From NCBI GenBank assembly GCA_964304625.1, contig OZ199838.1, forward strand, positions 5,294,145-5,358,144: DNA of 64,000 nucleotides, read 5' to 3'. Position 1 is the first letter of the stretch, and each line of letters opens with the position of its first letter. Shown here piece by piece: positions 1 to 12,777 of this stretch. This stretch comes from Kudoa neothunni (lineage: Eukaryota; Animalia; Cnidaria). Below the pieces are notes generated by a model. The model saw nothing but the letters and a program-made list of their open reading frames with translations. It made no database searches and was not told where the DNA came from. The position numbers were made by a program, and so were the translations under genes.

Positions 1-852
1 ATATATTAATCTCTTAGCAAAGCAAAACTACACTTGAGTAAAGTTATAAAATAAAAAATTCACCTGTGGAACCTAGCAGCAAATTAAGGTGATCGTCTGA
101 GGTGAAATCACGACTAATGCTCACATGATTCACTAAAGGTGGGGAGAATTCGTTCGATGCCAATCCAACCAGTACATTATGATCGATGAAATTGGTGGTT
201 TTCTCTTCAGTTGTGCCATTCTCGGCCAAATAAAATCGAACAACTCCGTTCATAAAAGCTAACAGTTTCAATACGTTTACTTATATCAAAATGGAATTAT
301 GTAGAAGAACCTGTTGTGAATAATGTGCGGTCGGAAAATAGCACCTTATTGCGGTAAATTCCGATACAACCGAGATCATTGTTTGTAGATGAAACATATT
401 CGTTAATGACAGACTTCGAAGTTAAATCAAACACACAACTATGACAACCATCTTCATCAGCGATAACCACATGGAAATTATCGTCAATTTCAAAATGCTC
501 CACATTATGAGGTAATCTATGGATGCTGAGAAATAGATCAAATTCACAAAAAATACACTACCAAATCTTCTGAAATTTTCTGTCTCAAGTCTCGAAAACA
601 AATCTTTTTATCTTGGGTGTATAACACGGTGTTGTTACTCGGAGCAAATTGGCACGAGAGTACGGTGCTTAAATTTGACTTGAGAGAGGAATCGCATGAA
701 ACACATTTAGAAGTTGATGTATCTACGCAACAAAATCCATGATCATGTCCCATTAAAAGCTTTGTTGGTTCTCCATCGTTTGAAGTGCTTGAATATAGAA
801 TTTCGCCGACCCTACTGTCACAAGCTTGATAGGTGACTAGCGCTTGGCTCAT
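1..852 (-). CDS. WD40-repeat protein (WDR53-like), 5' exons; gene runs off the left edge
   Basis: ATG at 852 (MSQALV). Three ORF pieces separated by short AT-rich introns. WD-like segments VLSCQF..TVLYTQDKKICFRDLR, VVIADEDG..VFDLTSKSVI and FSPPLVNHVSIS recall WDR53. Confidence 0.55.
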
Positions 853-2198
853 ATTTGTACTTGTACACGTGGTACGAAAAAACAATTCTTATCGCCGAAA
901 GCGATAAAATCAAAAATTATTTTATTTCTTGGTATTTCAAAATTAATAATCAATTAATTAGAATAAATTAATATGCGATATAGAGCATATTATGAGTAAT
1001 AGTTATATTATTGATTTCAATTTCAAACAACTACAAATACCTGAAATTTAATTTAAAAAATAAAAATTTACGTAATAATTAGAAAAAATAATAAGAATAT
1101 TTAATGACGGAAAACAATGATTTTAATATTTTGTTCGAAAAAACGGTTCTAATAATTTTATACAAATTAATTAATATTTCTCTCAGATAAATACAGAAAA
1201 TTATATTCCTATTGTGTGAGGTTATAAAGGCATTTGTTAAATTGATTATGGAAAAGTACAAATTTAGAATTTAAATAAATCATAATAAAATCCTATCATT
1301 TCTACTTTTCGAGAGTATGTAAGATAACAGGTTGTTTTTTACAATTATATCAACTTGATAAGAGATCAAAAAATTTTTCTATTGAAACTTTTTTTTATAC
1401 TGTTGTATTTTTAATATATTATTGGACGAGAGTTACCACACATTATTCAGTCATACAACAAATTTATTAACTGAATAATAATATCTAGTTTCACTCCCTG
1501 GCATGCAATGGAATTTTGATAATAAATTGCTTGAATTGTGTCTGATATAGTGATTTCGATGTATTTTATCGAAATGCACAAATTGATTGATTTTAGACAC
1601 ATAAGTTACATTCTTTAAGAATAAGGTGGAATGATTTGCAAATATCGTCTAGCTCTTAATTTAATTCATCTAAAAACAAAATATGTTAAACTACTTATTA
1701 ATTAAAAATTAATTACATTATTTTAGTTTAGTTTAGTTTAGTTTAATACAATAAATAATAGGTTTGGGAGTTAGTTCCCACACTAATAAAAATATTCGTT
1801 TTACATAATTTTTAAATAAAAAACAACACTCACAATGTTTTACATTTTGAGGTCATTATTTGAAATACCTTAAACATTAAAATTTAACACCTAAAATGGA
1901 ATTAGAAAATAAATATTATTATTATATGAAAAAGTATACATAAATATAACGATTAGAAACTTTTAAATAATTTTATTAATCCAAATTAATTTTCACTCTA
2001 ATAAATTTAATAATTTTTACAGTTATATATCAATAAGTAGTTAAAATTGATAACTTATAAAACTAGTAAATATTTTATTTTGGAATATAATGAATAGAAA
2101 AATTATGATACAAAAATAAAAAAATTTATCTTGTTAATTTTCGTTTAAGGCGCTAATGTGATTTAAGATGGTAGGATACGTATTTGAACTCTCTAGAT

Positions 2199-3761
2199 CA
2201 GTGGTGGAAACAATTTTTTTGGGGGAGGGCGGGGGGGTCGCATTGGCGCATTACATAAGTTCAGAGGGCCGCAATGTTGACCACGCGTTCTTTTTTGAGA
2301 ACTTGAATACCTAATAAATTTTAATTATAATTATTAAAAGTTAATATTATTCATTAGATACGCGTGAAATATTCAAACAATAAGTCTGATAAAATTATTT
2401 CAAAGTCATTTTAAACATGAGATTCAATATAACATATTGTACCTTAAAAAGAGGCCTAACTTATAAATATGAATATAGTCAAGTTAGTCTAAATTAATTA
2501 CATTATGATATTTTGGATTACATCAAATTTGTTGTCACTTGAATATCACGAACGAGTAGAAGTAATTTCCTTACAATTTATTACAAGTATTTCAATTTAA
2601 AAATATGACTTTAATAACATAAAATTGTAAAAATCGTAATTTTTGTACGTATCAATGTAATATTCATATTTTTTAAAGTTTTGTAAAATGATTCTTTAGA
2701 GTAAAAATCACCCCAAAAAGTATAAAAAATTATTATTTTCTACATTAAATTATTTCTTTTTATTTCACTTAATTATATCAACGGATAAAAAATATTTATC
2801 CTAAGGCTCCAACTCATAATTGATTTGGATTGTTTTTTTATAACTTTCAATGTATTTTAAGACCGATTATTCTTTATTGTTATCGTTGATTTTCTCACTG
2901 AATTCCCCGTGTTTCGGTTGGTGATGTTGCTTCAAATTATATTCCTTTAATACAGCAACTCATTCAAGACAGCGAAAATACACCACATCTTTCATCAAAT
3001 GAGTGAAGAAATATTTTTGAGTCTAATCATCACTAAGATTAGGGTTTTCGTCAATAACTGTACGCTTTTGGGAGGAAACATGTTTAATTGTGCAAAAACG
3101 TGTTGTTAAAAACTGACGATTAATAAGGGAAATTGGAGTGCATTATTACTCGATAAAATTAATAAGAAAAATTAAAAACTATTTCTACATTAAGCTGGTA
3201 AATGTTGATGCACTTCTGTTATAAACATTTATGTTTTAAAATCTAAGGATATCTAGAAAATGATAAAAAGTACATTGACTTTATACCCTTTTAAATACAA
3301 CAATAAATAATTTTTTCTTTAATACATTGTTTGTAATGAATGCTATGGGAATGATTCTTATCGTGTTAGATTTCAAATTTAAGTACGAGTATCGCAGGCT
3401 CATGGTTTTTAATATTTACTTATTTTTAGAATCTATTTGTAGTAAATTAAATCTCACGTACCAATTTTTTCCGAAACTGATAACCTGCTATGTTGTTTTA
3501 AGCGCGTACTAAACCTTACCTTGATCACTATCACATATAATCATAAATAGGGTGCAAGGGTAAGTAAAATTTCAAATCAGATAACGAATTCGCATAAATA
3601 AAAATTTATAAATCCACCATATTTATCAAAAATTTATTTATTAATTTGTTAATGGAAGAAAAATGCTGCCTTGGCGTTATTGGATGGTGAAAACGCGTGC
3701 ATGCTCGCGCAAATTTTCAGCCTTATAAACCCGTCCTGAGGCTGCACTTCGCCCACCACCG
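2199..3761. mobile_element. Non-autonomous hAT (Buster/Charlie-type) element
   Basis: Perfect 8-bp TSD ctctagat at 2191-2198 and 3762-3769 (central TA). Termini cagtggtgg / ccaccaccg (8/9 inverted match). Confidence 0.8.
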
Positions 3762-4617
3762 CTCTAGATGTTGTTCAAATGAATGAATTATAGATTTACA
3801 TCAGATACACGAAATAGTTTATAAAATAGTTTTCACGCGAAATTAATTTGAATTTTTACAAACGTAAAATTAAGGTTTATTTTAGTGTAGTTGGAAATTT
3901 ATGGATATTTTAAAATCCATTCTAATTTTAAATAATTTTTAGATCTATTAGACTGAAAATTATTATTCCTTCACGAATATAATTTTTGAAAATGCATTCA
4001 TGGTATCCTGGTCATATTAAAGTCTTTCGTAAAAAACCTCTCGTATTCTACATTTTTTCTTAAAACTGTGATAATAACTACGATTAAGATCCGTTATCTA
4101 TCATTAATGTGAAGATTATTTAAAAATTAAAATATCAGATAGGTTATTTTTAAATATGATTTCTGACAAAGGTACCTCCATTAATTATAATCTAAATTTT
4201 TAATCCAGGTTTTAAATGAACATTAAAGAGAAATAAGGTAACCCTATTTTTACTGGAAATATCTCTGTAAGAAGTTTTTTCCCGGCAACTTCAAAACAGC
4301 TTAAATTTCAAAAAACTTCCCTTAAAGCTTCAAGGATTTGTAATAACATTAATTGATAATTTTCCGAATATTAGATAGACCTCTGTGAAACACAAGCGTA
4401 TATACGCTGAAAATTATATTATAACTATTAATTATTTGTATTACTCAATGTAAAAGAGGAAAATATAAACATTGGGAATTATTAGTTAATAACATTGTTA
4501 TGATGGCCTCAGTTTGCGAATAATTATTTATTCTACACTTTGAACAGCAAAAAATAGAAAAATTAACATCCAAACTAAAATATTATTAAAAATATCATAC
4601 AGCAATATTAATAATAT

Positions 4618-6615
4618 CTATGATTCAATAGTGGCTGAACATTTATTTATATGAAATTGACTATTCCTGATCCCATAGCCAAAATAGATAAGAATCCCTA
4701 GATAGAATTATGATACTAACAAACTAATGCATCAAAAATACCAATAATCATCCAAACACAAAATCTAATCCAGGTGACAACTGAAAGTTTCATCATGAGA
4801 AAAACATTGATAATAATTGCAGCCAACGATAGAGTGGGGACAAACGGAGCCTGGTTGTCGAATTAAACTAGTTTAACTACAACAAACGAGATATACTTTG
4901 AAGGCGACGTCATCATTATTTTGGGGCTGGAACAATAATACAACATAGAACAATCCGAATATAATTCCAAATATTATAAGTATCACAGTGGCCAATACAT
5001 TCAAACCACCAGAGTGATTGAAACCAATAATAGAAACCAGAGAGCATGTGGTCGATGAACAAAAGCAAATAAAGACTGAAATCATAGCTGTTTTGAATGA
5101 GTGTTGAGTAGCTTTACACTTGTTGTTGAAGTTAAGATGAATAAAACTTTTAAGATTGTAGCGTAATTGTTGGAAACGATTGTTGGGTTCATTTTTCATG
5201 TCCTCGTTTTCAAGTGTATCTTCTGTGGACAGTCTAGACACATTTGAATCAGACTCGGAAGACTTTTGGTCGTCCAAAGATTTCTTAGGAGTACAACCCC
5301 CAACACGATTACCAGCCAATTGGGTTGCAGGTTGATAGCGAAGTACAATCACACACAGTGACACCAAGCTGTACGCCAACAATGTACCAATACTCATCAT
5401 TTCAACGAGTTCTTTCAAATCGAAAACAAGCGCAAAAATAGCGGTTAAAATTCCCGGTATAGCAGTGGCTAGAATTGGAACATTTGTGAATTTGTTCACT
5501 TTTGCAAATATCGGATGGATGAGGCTGTCGCAGGACATTGCATAAATTATACGTGGTAAGGGGAACATAGATCCCAGTAAACTTGACGCCACTCCAAACA
5601 CTGCACCCACCGAAATTACATGACTAGCCCATGACACTCCGGCCATCTGGAAAGCTACAACAAGAGGTGATCGTTCCCCAAGGTTGCTGTAATCAGTCAA
5701 CATTGTGATAACAGTCGAAACTCCAATGTAGCAGACTACCACAAACAAAAGTGTTATAACTATTGCTTTGGGGATGGATTTAGATGGGTCTGCAGATTCT
5801 TCGCCGGTGGTGGCAATGATATCGAACCCAACGAATGCATAGAAACAAGAGGCAGCTCCAGAAAATGTTCCCCCAATGCCGTAAGGGAAAAATTTGTCAT
5901 AGGTGGACCACCTGGTAGGATCTGCATAGAACGCGCCGACAATCACAAGAAATAGGATAGCAGCTACATTAATCACATTGCAGAAAGTACCAAATCGGGT
6001 GGAATCTTTACATCCAAGAGCGAGAAGCCAAGTCACAGCTAGTGTTACAATAAATGCTACAATATCAGGCCTACTCTCGCCAACAATTGGATCAAAAGGT
6101 GAAAAATAATAAGTGGCATTGCCGATTGTAGCATCAACCAAATGTTCTAAGCTGGCTGAAAGTGCGGAAGCGTCTGCCGCGGTACCAATCATGTATTCAA
6201 GGATGAGATTCCAACCAATAAAGAATGCCCAAATTTCGCCTACAGCCACATAACTGTAGGCATAAGCCCCTCCAGTAGTGTTGGGTACTCTTGCACCGAA
6301 TTCCGCGTAGGCTAGGCCAGAGAGAAGTGACGCGAAACCTGATATCACAAAAGATATAACAACCGATGGACCCGCTATGAGTGATGCTACTTGGCCAGCT
6401 ACTACGTACACGCCGGCGCCAAGTACTGCCCCAACTCCGAGCGATACAAGATCTGTGGTGGTAAGGCATTGTTTAAGATTAGTATCGATACGCTCGTGTT
6501 TTTTTCTATAGAAAACAGGAGAAAAATAATTTTTCAATTTTGTTTTAACGCGTTTAGTTTGTTTGACCGTTGAACAGTGCTCATTTGACAAACTGGATGA
6601 TAATACTTGAGGCAT
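4618..6615 (-). CDS. SLC7/CAT-family cationic amino acid transporter (APC superfamily), 3 exons
   Basis: Motifs LGVGAVLGAGVYV, AYAEFGARVP, FVGFDIIATTGEE and LVEMMSIGTLLAY. Introns 4896-4851 (46 bp) and 4741-4698 (44 bp) add the AA_permease_C end APFVPTLS..TWIRFCVWMIIGILIYFGYGIRNS. TAG at 4618. Confidence 0.93.
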
Positions 6616-6808
6616 ATCACACCATGTAAATTCTTATTCAACCTCTCTCAAAATAATCCAGGTATAATCATACAAATTGGAAAATTAAGCGTATTCAATC
6701 AATGCGAGAAATCAATTATCGTGGTGTTGAGTTTGAAAAACAGGACATCCGACCTGTTACGAGTAAGAGGTGGGTTGATCTATCGCCTCAATACGTTGTC
6801 TTGGTGTT

Positions 6809-9590
6809 ATGGTGGAAACCGGTGGATCATCTGATGAGGAAGATTACATGAGCGAAAAATTTCTGAATGTAGTGGTTTCAGTTGAAAAACTTAAACCAGC
6901 CAAGTTGATACGAGAAATCGAATTAGACAAAAGAAGACGACTCGCCAATGTGAAAAATAAACAATCCAAACAACAACTTGAAGAAATTAATAGACAAAAA
7001 GCACTCAATACCAAAATCGATTCGTCAAATTTAGGCTATCAAATGCTGCTTAAAATGGGTTACAAAGAAGGTGAAGGTCTGGGTCTTAATAGTAATTGAA
7101 AATTTCATGTTTGGCATATTTTTGCGATTAGAGGAAGGTGTTAGAGATCCTATTAAATTAACCGTTAAACAAGGTAATGACAATCTCCTTTAAAAATATT
7201 TCCATCTCTTCCTAAGATAGAAGTGGTCTGGGAATGACCACCGAAGCCGACAAAACAGCCACATTTAACTCAGCTCTAAAACGTCTCAAGGAAACACAAC
7301 ATAATATTACGTCTGATATTTTTATTAAAAAGCTCAAAACATCCAACTTGTCTCAGCAACTCTCTAGGGATATTCACACAGCTAGAAAAGCATGTCGTCA
7401 TTTGGACGAGAATAAAGTAAATTGTTGATTTGATATACTATCATTATGTATTTCAATGTTATTTTATAGGAGATACATAATCCAATCTTAAAATACTGGC
7501 CTATTGAAGACGAAAATTCTGATTCAGTTGACCTAGTAAATCCTCCCCCACCTTCTATCTCCGACAATGTAATACCAATCATCACAAACCCATGATTTTT
7601 AAATCATAGGAGGCATTTTTGGATGAAATATTGGACCATCTGAGAAATACTCATTATTATTGTATCTACTGTGGAACTTCCTATGATGGTAAGATAATTT
7701 TAGTAGTGTATAAACTAAACTGAACAATACGAAATTTAGTAGATACATAATTAATTTAATAAATTATTTTAATAAAATCAATAAATAATTATAAAATCAT
7801 AAAACTATGTTTAATTATATTTAAAAATTGTGGCAACCCCTAAGAAAAATAAAATCTTGGATGCCTTTTTGCGCGCATGCGCAGAAATTGTTGTTAATTC
7901 CGAAAGTTCCTTTTTGTATGGGATACACATAGCTAGTTTTTAAAAACCTTCTATAATGAATCGTTTCTGTTCCATTGAGCATAACTATTGGTCATAAATA
8001 ATTGAACATAGTCAATATTAATTTTAAGAATGGCTGCGGTTTTATTTCAAAATTCTAATTACTTTTTTGCAGGAATCATCTCCGAAAATTGTTGTGTAAA
8101 ATCACTGAGTTATTATCACCCAATTAATTTAGAAAATTCCATAAAATCTTCGATAAATTATTGAATACTCATTTAATTTAATTTGTATAAAATCTTCGAT
8201 TGTTTACCTAATTAATCTAATAAAATTTGTTGGGGATAATTTTCTTAATAGAGCCCTATCCATAAAAACTTGTTATCTTGAATGCAATCATGACCGTCCT
8301 CAATTTTTTGGTGGATGATAGCGTAATATCGGGTTAGAACAATTTCCTTAGCAAAACATAAATTATTAATTGTATGTTTGACCTGAAAAATTGAGAAAAT
8401 GATAAAGTGTGAATTAAAAATATATTCGTGCGCATGCGTCGAAAATATTTAAGATAGCGCTTTCCAGCTGGGGGTGTAAGATTGATGTCACAGTTATCAA
8501 CTATTTTTAGGAATTTTTTAAATATATTATCAATTTTACAATATGTAAATCGTAAAAATTCAATATATGCATTATATTTTTGTTAGTTTCATCAGTTTTC
8601 GTATTTTTTCTTTCAATATAGTTCAGAAATCCCTTAAAAGGCGCGTTTAATTCAAAAAATTAATGCATAACGTTTTTAATTACTTTATTAACTTAGAAAT
8701 GAGCCGGACTATTCATGAATAATAACAAGGTGAACAAATAAAAAGATAATATTTTTTATTCGACAAATTTTAAAATATTAAAATTACACTGGAACGAGAA
8801 AACAATATTATCTTTATTTAATTCATGGAACTAATTCTATATTACACTTAAGATAAATCACTACAACGATTTTGAATGAACTACGCGTTATCGTATATAG
8901 CAGGGGTGGCCAAACCGCGGCTCTTGAAAAATTAAAATTTGGCTCATAAAGTTATTTTAACATTTTGAAAGTAATAGGATCATGCAGTTATCATGAATAA
9001 GAACACACGAATTTATTATTAATTAAACTTTTAGACAAAGTATAAATATAATAACAAACCCCGAAATATAATTGTTTCTCCCAGCGACTCCGAAAAATTT
9101 GAAGTTCATTAAACGCGGTTCCTATTTTAAACAAATCTGAACACTGCTAGTATAAAGAAAGAATGCGTGTTCGATTTGGACTGAGCGATGTTGATTTAAG
9201 AACAAGCATGCATGGATCAATGTATTGAACCTTCTTAATAAGCCACGCCGAAATTATAAACATTTTAATCTTTACATCAATATAATATTTCTTAGTTTAT
9301 TTTTAATGATGTTATTGTTAATTAGTAAATGAAATAATTTCAGATTTCCAAAAAATTTTAGCTTAATTGCTTTTAAAATATTTAATGTGTTTAAATAATT
9401 GGATTATGTTAAAAACTATCAGAGCTTATTTTCATACAGACCTACTTTTAAAAGACAATGCTCTTTGCAGTAAATAGCAACTGAATTAGTCGAAATTCTG
9501 AGCTACCTATGACTTGTGATATTAACTGATGAATTAGATGCTGATGATATGGATGAAAACTGCCCCGGAAAACACAAAGATAATCACTGA
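6809..9590 (+). CDS. GPATCH11: G-patch domain-containing protein 11
   Basis: N-terminal DEEDYMS, G-patch NLGYQMLLKMGYKEGEGLG, and C-terminal HLRNTHYYCIYCGTSYD spliced across intron 7689-9537 to DADDMDENCPGKHKDNH* (DUF4187-type end). Confidence 0.88.
7836..8476. mobile_element. Degenerate DNA-transposon remnant inside the long GPATCH11 intron
   Basis: Imperfect inverted ends sharing cccc..atctt..tttt..cgcatgcgca (7836-7883 versus 8429-8476). No TSD resolved. Confidence 0.4.
8901..9149. mobile_element. hAT MITE in GPATCH11 intron
   Basis: Left end caggggtggccaaa with a degenerate right end. Flanks gtatatag (8893-8900) and gtataaag (9150-9157) form a 7/8 TSD. Confidence 0.55.
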
Positions 9591-9618
9591 GAAGATGTAC
9601 AAAATTTATGTATAGGAT

Positions 9619-10337
9619 TTATAATTGATTGCAACTAGTGTTTATTTTCTTTCAAATCGGTTATGTAATTGCTCACATTTTTGCTTATTGCGTATGACTT
9701 TTTCTCACGGCGCAGAGCCGTTTTGGTAAGGTAAACCTGCGAATCCACACGTTCAGCATTATTTACCTGAATGAATGCTTCTTTAATAGAGAACTAATAG
9801 AGAAATTTAATATAAATTTTCTGCAAGCATATTTAATAGGAACAAGTGTGTAAAATATTAAACCTACCCCTGTACGTAAACGTTTCTCATGACGACCCAA
9901 CTGATTTTTGGTTATTTCACAAGGTTTGCCATCTGACCAAAAACCAAATTATTAAATTAAAAATTTTTATAAGTCATAGTAACAGATTCAATTACCAGCC
10001 ATATAAAAATCTGGTAGATCGAATAACGGTTGAAATTCAATTTTAATTCGGTTGGTTTCAATCCTAAATAGCAAGGAATCATCATTGGCAAAAATTACAA
10101 GGATGGAATCAATTAACTTACCGGTAATCTCTTTCTTCGTCCGAGAAACCATCATTGCTTGAGTCGATTATATCCTTCAACGAACGTTTGGAAGCGATAC
10201 GATAAAACCTTCGAGACAAACAACTGTTGTTGTTCACACCAGCTGTAATTAACCCATTCACACATTTCTGCAGTAAATTAAATTCTATATACACGGATTA
10301 GAACGTGAATCTATTCAATCGAAAAACCAATAATCAT
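9619..10337 (-). CDS. MRPL52: Mitochondrial ribosomal protein L52-like (about 6 short exons; absent from the ORF track)
   Basis: Spliced translation contains EFQPLFDLPDFYMADGKPCEITKNQLGRHEKR, matching the mL52 signature GPLTxLPDWSxADGRPAPxxKGQLRR. GT-AG introns keep the frame from ATG 10337 to TAA 9619. Confidence 0.72.
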
Positions 10338-10419
10338 TCAAATCTCAAACGTCAACGCTCAAACTCGATCAACGTGGCACGTGGTACCACTGCTTAGGCG
10401 AAGTGTTAAGTTTGCTGAA
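10338..10419. promoter_or_regulatory. 82-bp bidirectional promoter (MRPL52/NOB1) with a central E-box
   Basis: Divergent ATGs at 10337 and 10420; CACGTG at 10378-10383. Confidence 0.55.
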
Positions 10420-11655
10420 ATGGATGAAGTCGTACTACCGACCAACAAACCAGAAATTATTATTGTGGACTCATCAGCGATTATTCACCATCAAAAGTTG
10501 TATAATATTGCCAACAAGATAGTAACAATCCCCGAAGTGTTAAATGAGCTCAAAAGTCAGCGTTCTCAGCTGGCAATTCAACTTTTGCCCGAAGATGTTC
10601 ATCTTATCACTCCCTCTAATAATAATATCCAGTTTGGTAGCTCAATGCAATATGATGAAACTATTCTAATGTTAAAACATAGTTAAAAACTTTGCTAAAC
10701 GGACTGGCGATTTGAGAGCTCTATCACAGGTCGATATAAAAGTTATGGCGGCTGTAGTCGAAATGGAATTAAGTCACTGTGACAAAAACCACATTAGAAA
10801 AGATCCGATCGTTCCAGAAATCGTTGACGCTTCTACTAGGGGCGATAGTGACCAACTTAAAGCTCATACGCCTGGATTTTATAATTCAAAGGTTGTCATA
10901 GATTTTGTTGGTTTTTCTGTTACTATTTTTAACAATTATCTTCAATATAGCATTCTAATGAGCAAGAAAACGACACATGGATAACACCGGATAACATTAC
11001 CCAAGTGGGAACTGATCAGACTGGGGATGACAACTCTCAAAGTCGTTTCTCGATCCAACATAAAGTTGCCTGTGCTGTTTCAGATTATGCTATGCAGAAT
11101 GTTCTTCTTCACATGGGATTGAATATAGTGTCTGTAGATGGGTACCGCATTTCGCAGATTCGCAGTTACACAATGAAATGTACCACCTGCTACAAGTTCT
11201 CTACATGATATTTTGTCTCTCTTTTAAATTATATTGAATTTAGGATCGAACCAGATGTGATGAAAGAATTTTGTGATAATTGCGGCTATAGAACGCTCAC
11301 CAAGCTTGCATATACACTCTCATCGAATGGGTCGATATTGTGCCAACAAAAATTGAAAGCTCCGAAAAAGGAGGACTCTTCAAAAGTGGAATTTTATTGG
11401 ATTGTTTTTGATATATTTTATTAATTGTTGTGCTAGTACGCATCTTTTAAAGCTATAGCCACGTATGGCACTCCTATTAGAACCGAAGAACAGTTAACCA
11501 AGATGAGAAATATGCAACGAACCAAGTGCTCTTATAAGAACAACGTCGGATCCACTTTCAATGATCTTGATTCTTGTCTTGCTTTTCTCAATAAAGACAC
11601 CACCAGTAGATCCTTTCAAAAAGGATATCATCTACGCAAGAACAATCGTTTCTAG
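10420..11655 (+). CDS. NOB1: RNA-binding protein NOB1 (20S pre-rRNA PIN endonuclease), multi-exon
   Basis: PIN motifs IIVDSSAII, TIPEVLNEL and LSQVDIKVMA; WITPDNI; ACAVSDYAMQNVLLHMGL; zinc ribbon CTTC..FCDNCG. TAG at 11653-11655. Confidence 0.92.
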
Positions 11656-12777
11656 ATAGTGTATAGTGTGCAACTTTTTTTTTATGTAATATGCGATGTT
11701 TCTCTATGTATGATTAATCATTAGGCGAAAATTAGCAAGTTAGTTGTTAATTCCTTCTTTATCTTTCAAACGGAATGTATACTAATATAGGTTGATAAAA
11801 ACTCTAATCTTAGATTATAGTTTGTCTGTTTGAATAATAATAGAGATGTTTTGTTATTGCTAGTTTGAGTTTGGATGGTCATATTTGATCTTATATGACT
11901 CAAATATAAACGATCTGATATACGACGTGTTTATTTAATAAGTTTGATAGTTTGGTGTGATTAAGTTGTTATTATATGAGGTGAAATTGTAAACAAATAT
12001 ATTAACCCCCGAATTGTTTATTTTTCGAATTCCAAAGAATTAGTGGTTGGGGTCAAAAACTACCTCACTTATGGAGCATCTATATTCACACTTTTCAGTA
12101 GGAGAGAAACTTTGGAAAAGATAATATATTTAAAGGATTAAATATTAATAAGACCTGAAACATTGAAATCGCCATTTTTTGTGAAGATACATTAATGGTG
12201 CATATCGATTTAGGTAACATTTAACGGGATATTGTCATGAGGTGCCAAGCTCATCCTAAGTTCTATACTGGTGAATATATATTTTTTGTCGATTTATAGT
12301 AAAATTTCATTATCTATTAAAAATTAATTAAGCGTGAAGAAGGAAATAATATGTAATTTTCTATCAAACTATGTTGAAGGTGTTTGTTCGTTCATTAATG
12401 AATATTAATAAGTTTATTGGTATCTAAAAGAATCTTTTTACAGAATCTACGTAGCAAAATATGCTTCTTTCATTTTTAATACCTGAAGTTAATAAAAGAT
12501 CTCGAATAATTCCATCATTCCACTTATTTCCAGTATATCTCTTTAGTTTATAATGGTGGTTTATTCAACCGATTAAAACGTATAAACCTACCTAAATTTA
12601 TGCAGATCTAATTGGAAGATATATTTACGATCGAAATTATTTAAAGCCTGATTATCCCAATGCCATTCGAAAGGATATAAATTCATAAATATACGAAGTT
12701 GATTCACTTTAGCTTTAAGCTGATTCCTCGTAATCTTCTACAATACGCTCGCAGTTGGTTAGGGTAGAATAGGTACA

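Noticed and set aside
1722-1745. (TTTAG)n tract as a telomeric repeat
   Set aside because: Only about four units, interstitial, and not a TTAGG/TTAGGG motif; an ordinary microsatellite.
5760-6834. Short overlapping or antisense ORFs in SLC7, and similar ones over tubulin, PRPF4, SMARCAL1, ARID5 and DYNLT (e.g. 63071-63338)
   Set aside because: Shadow frames of real exons or AT-rich noise with no recognisable motifs.
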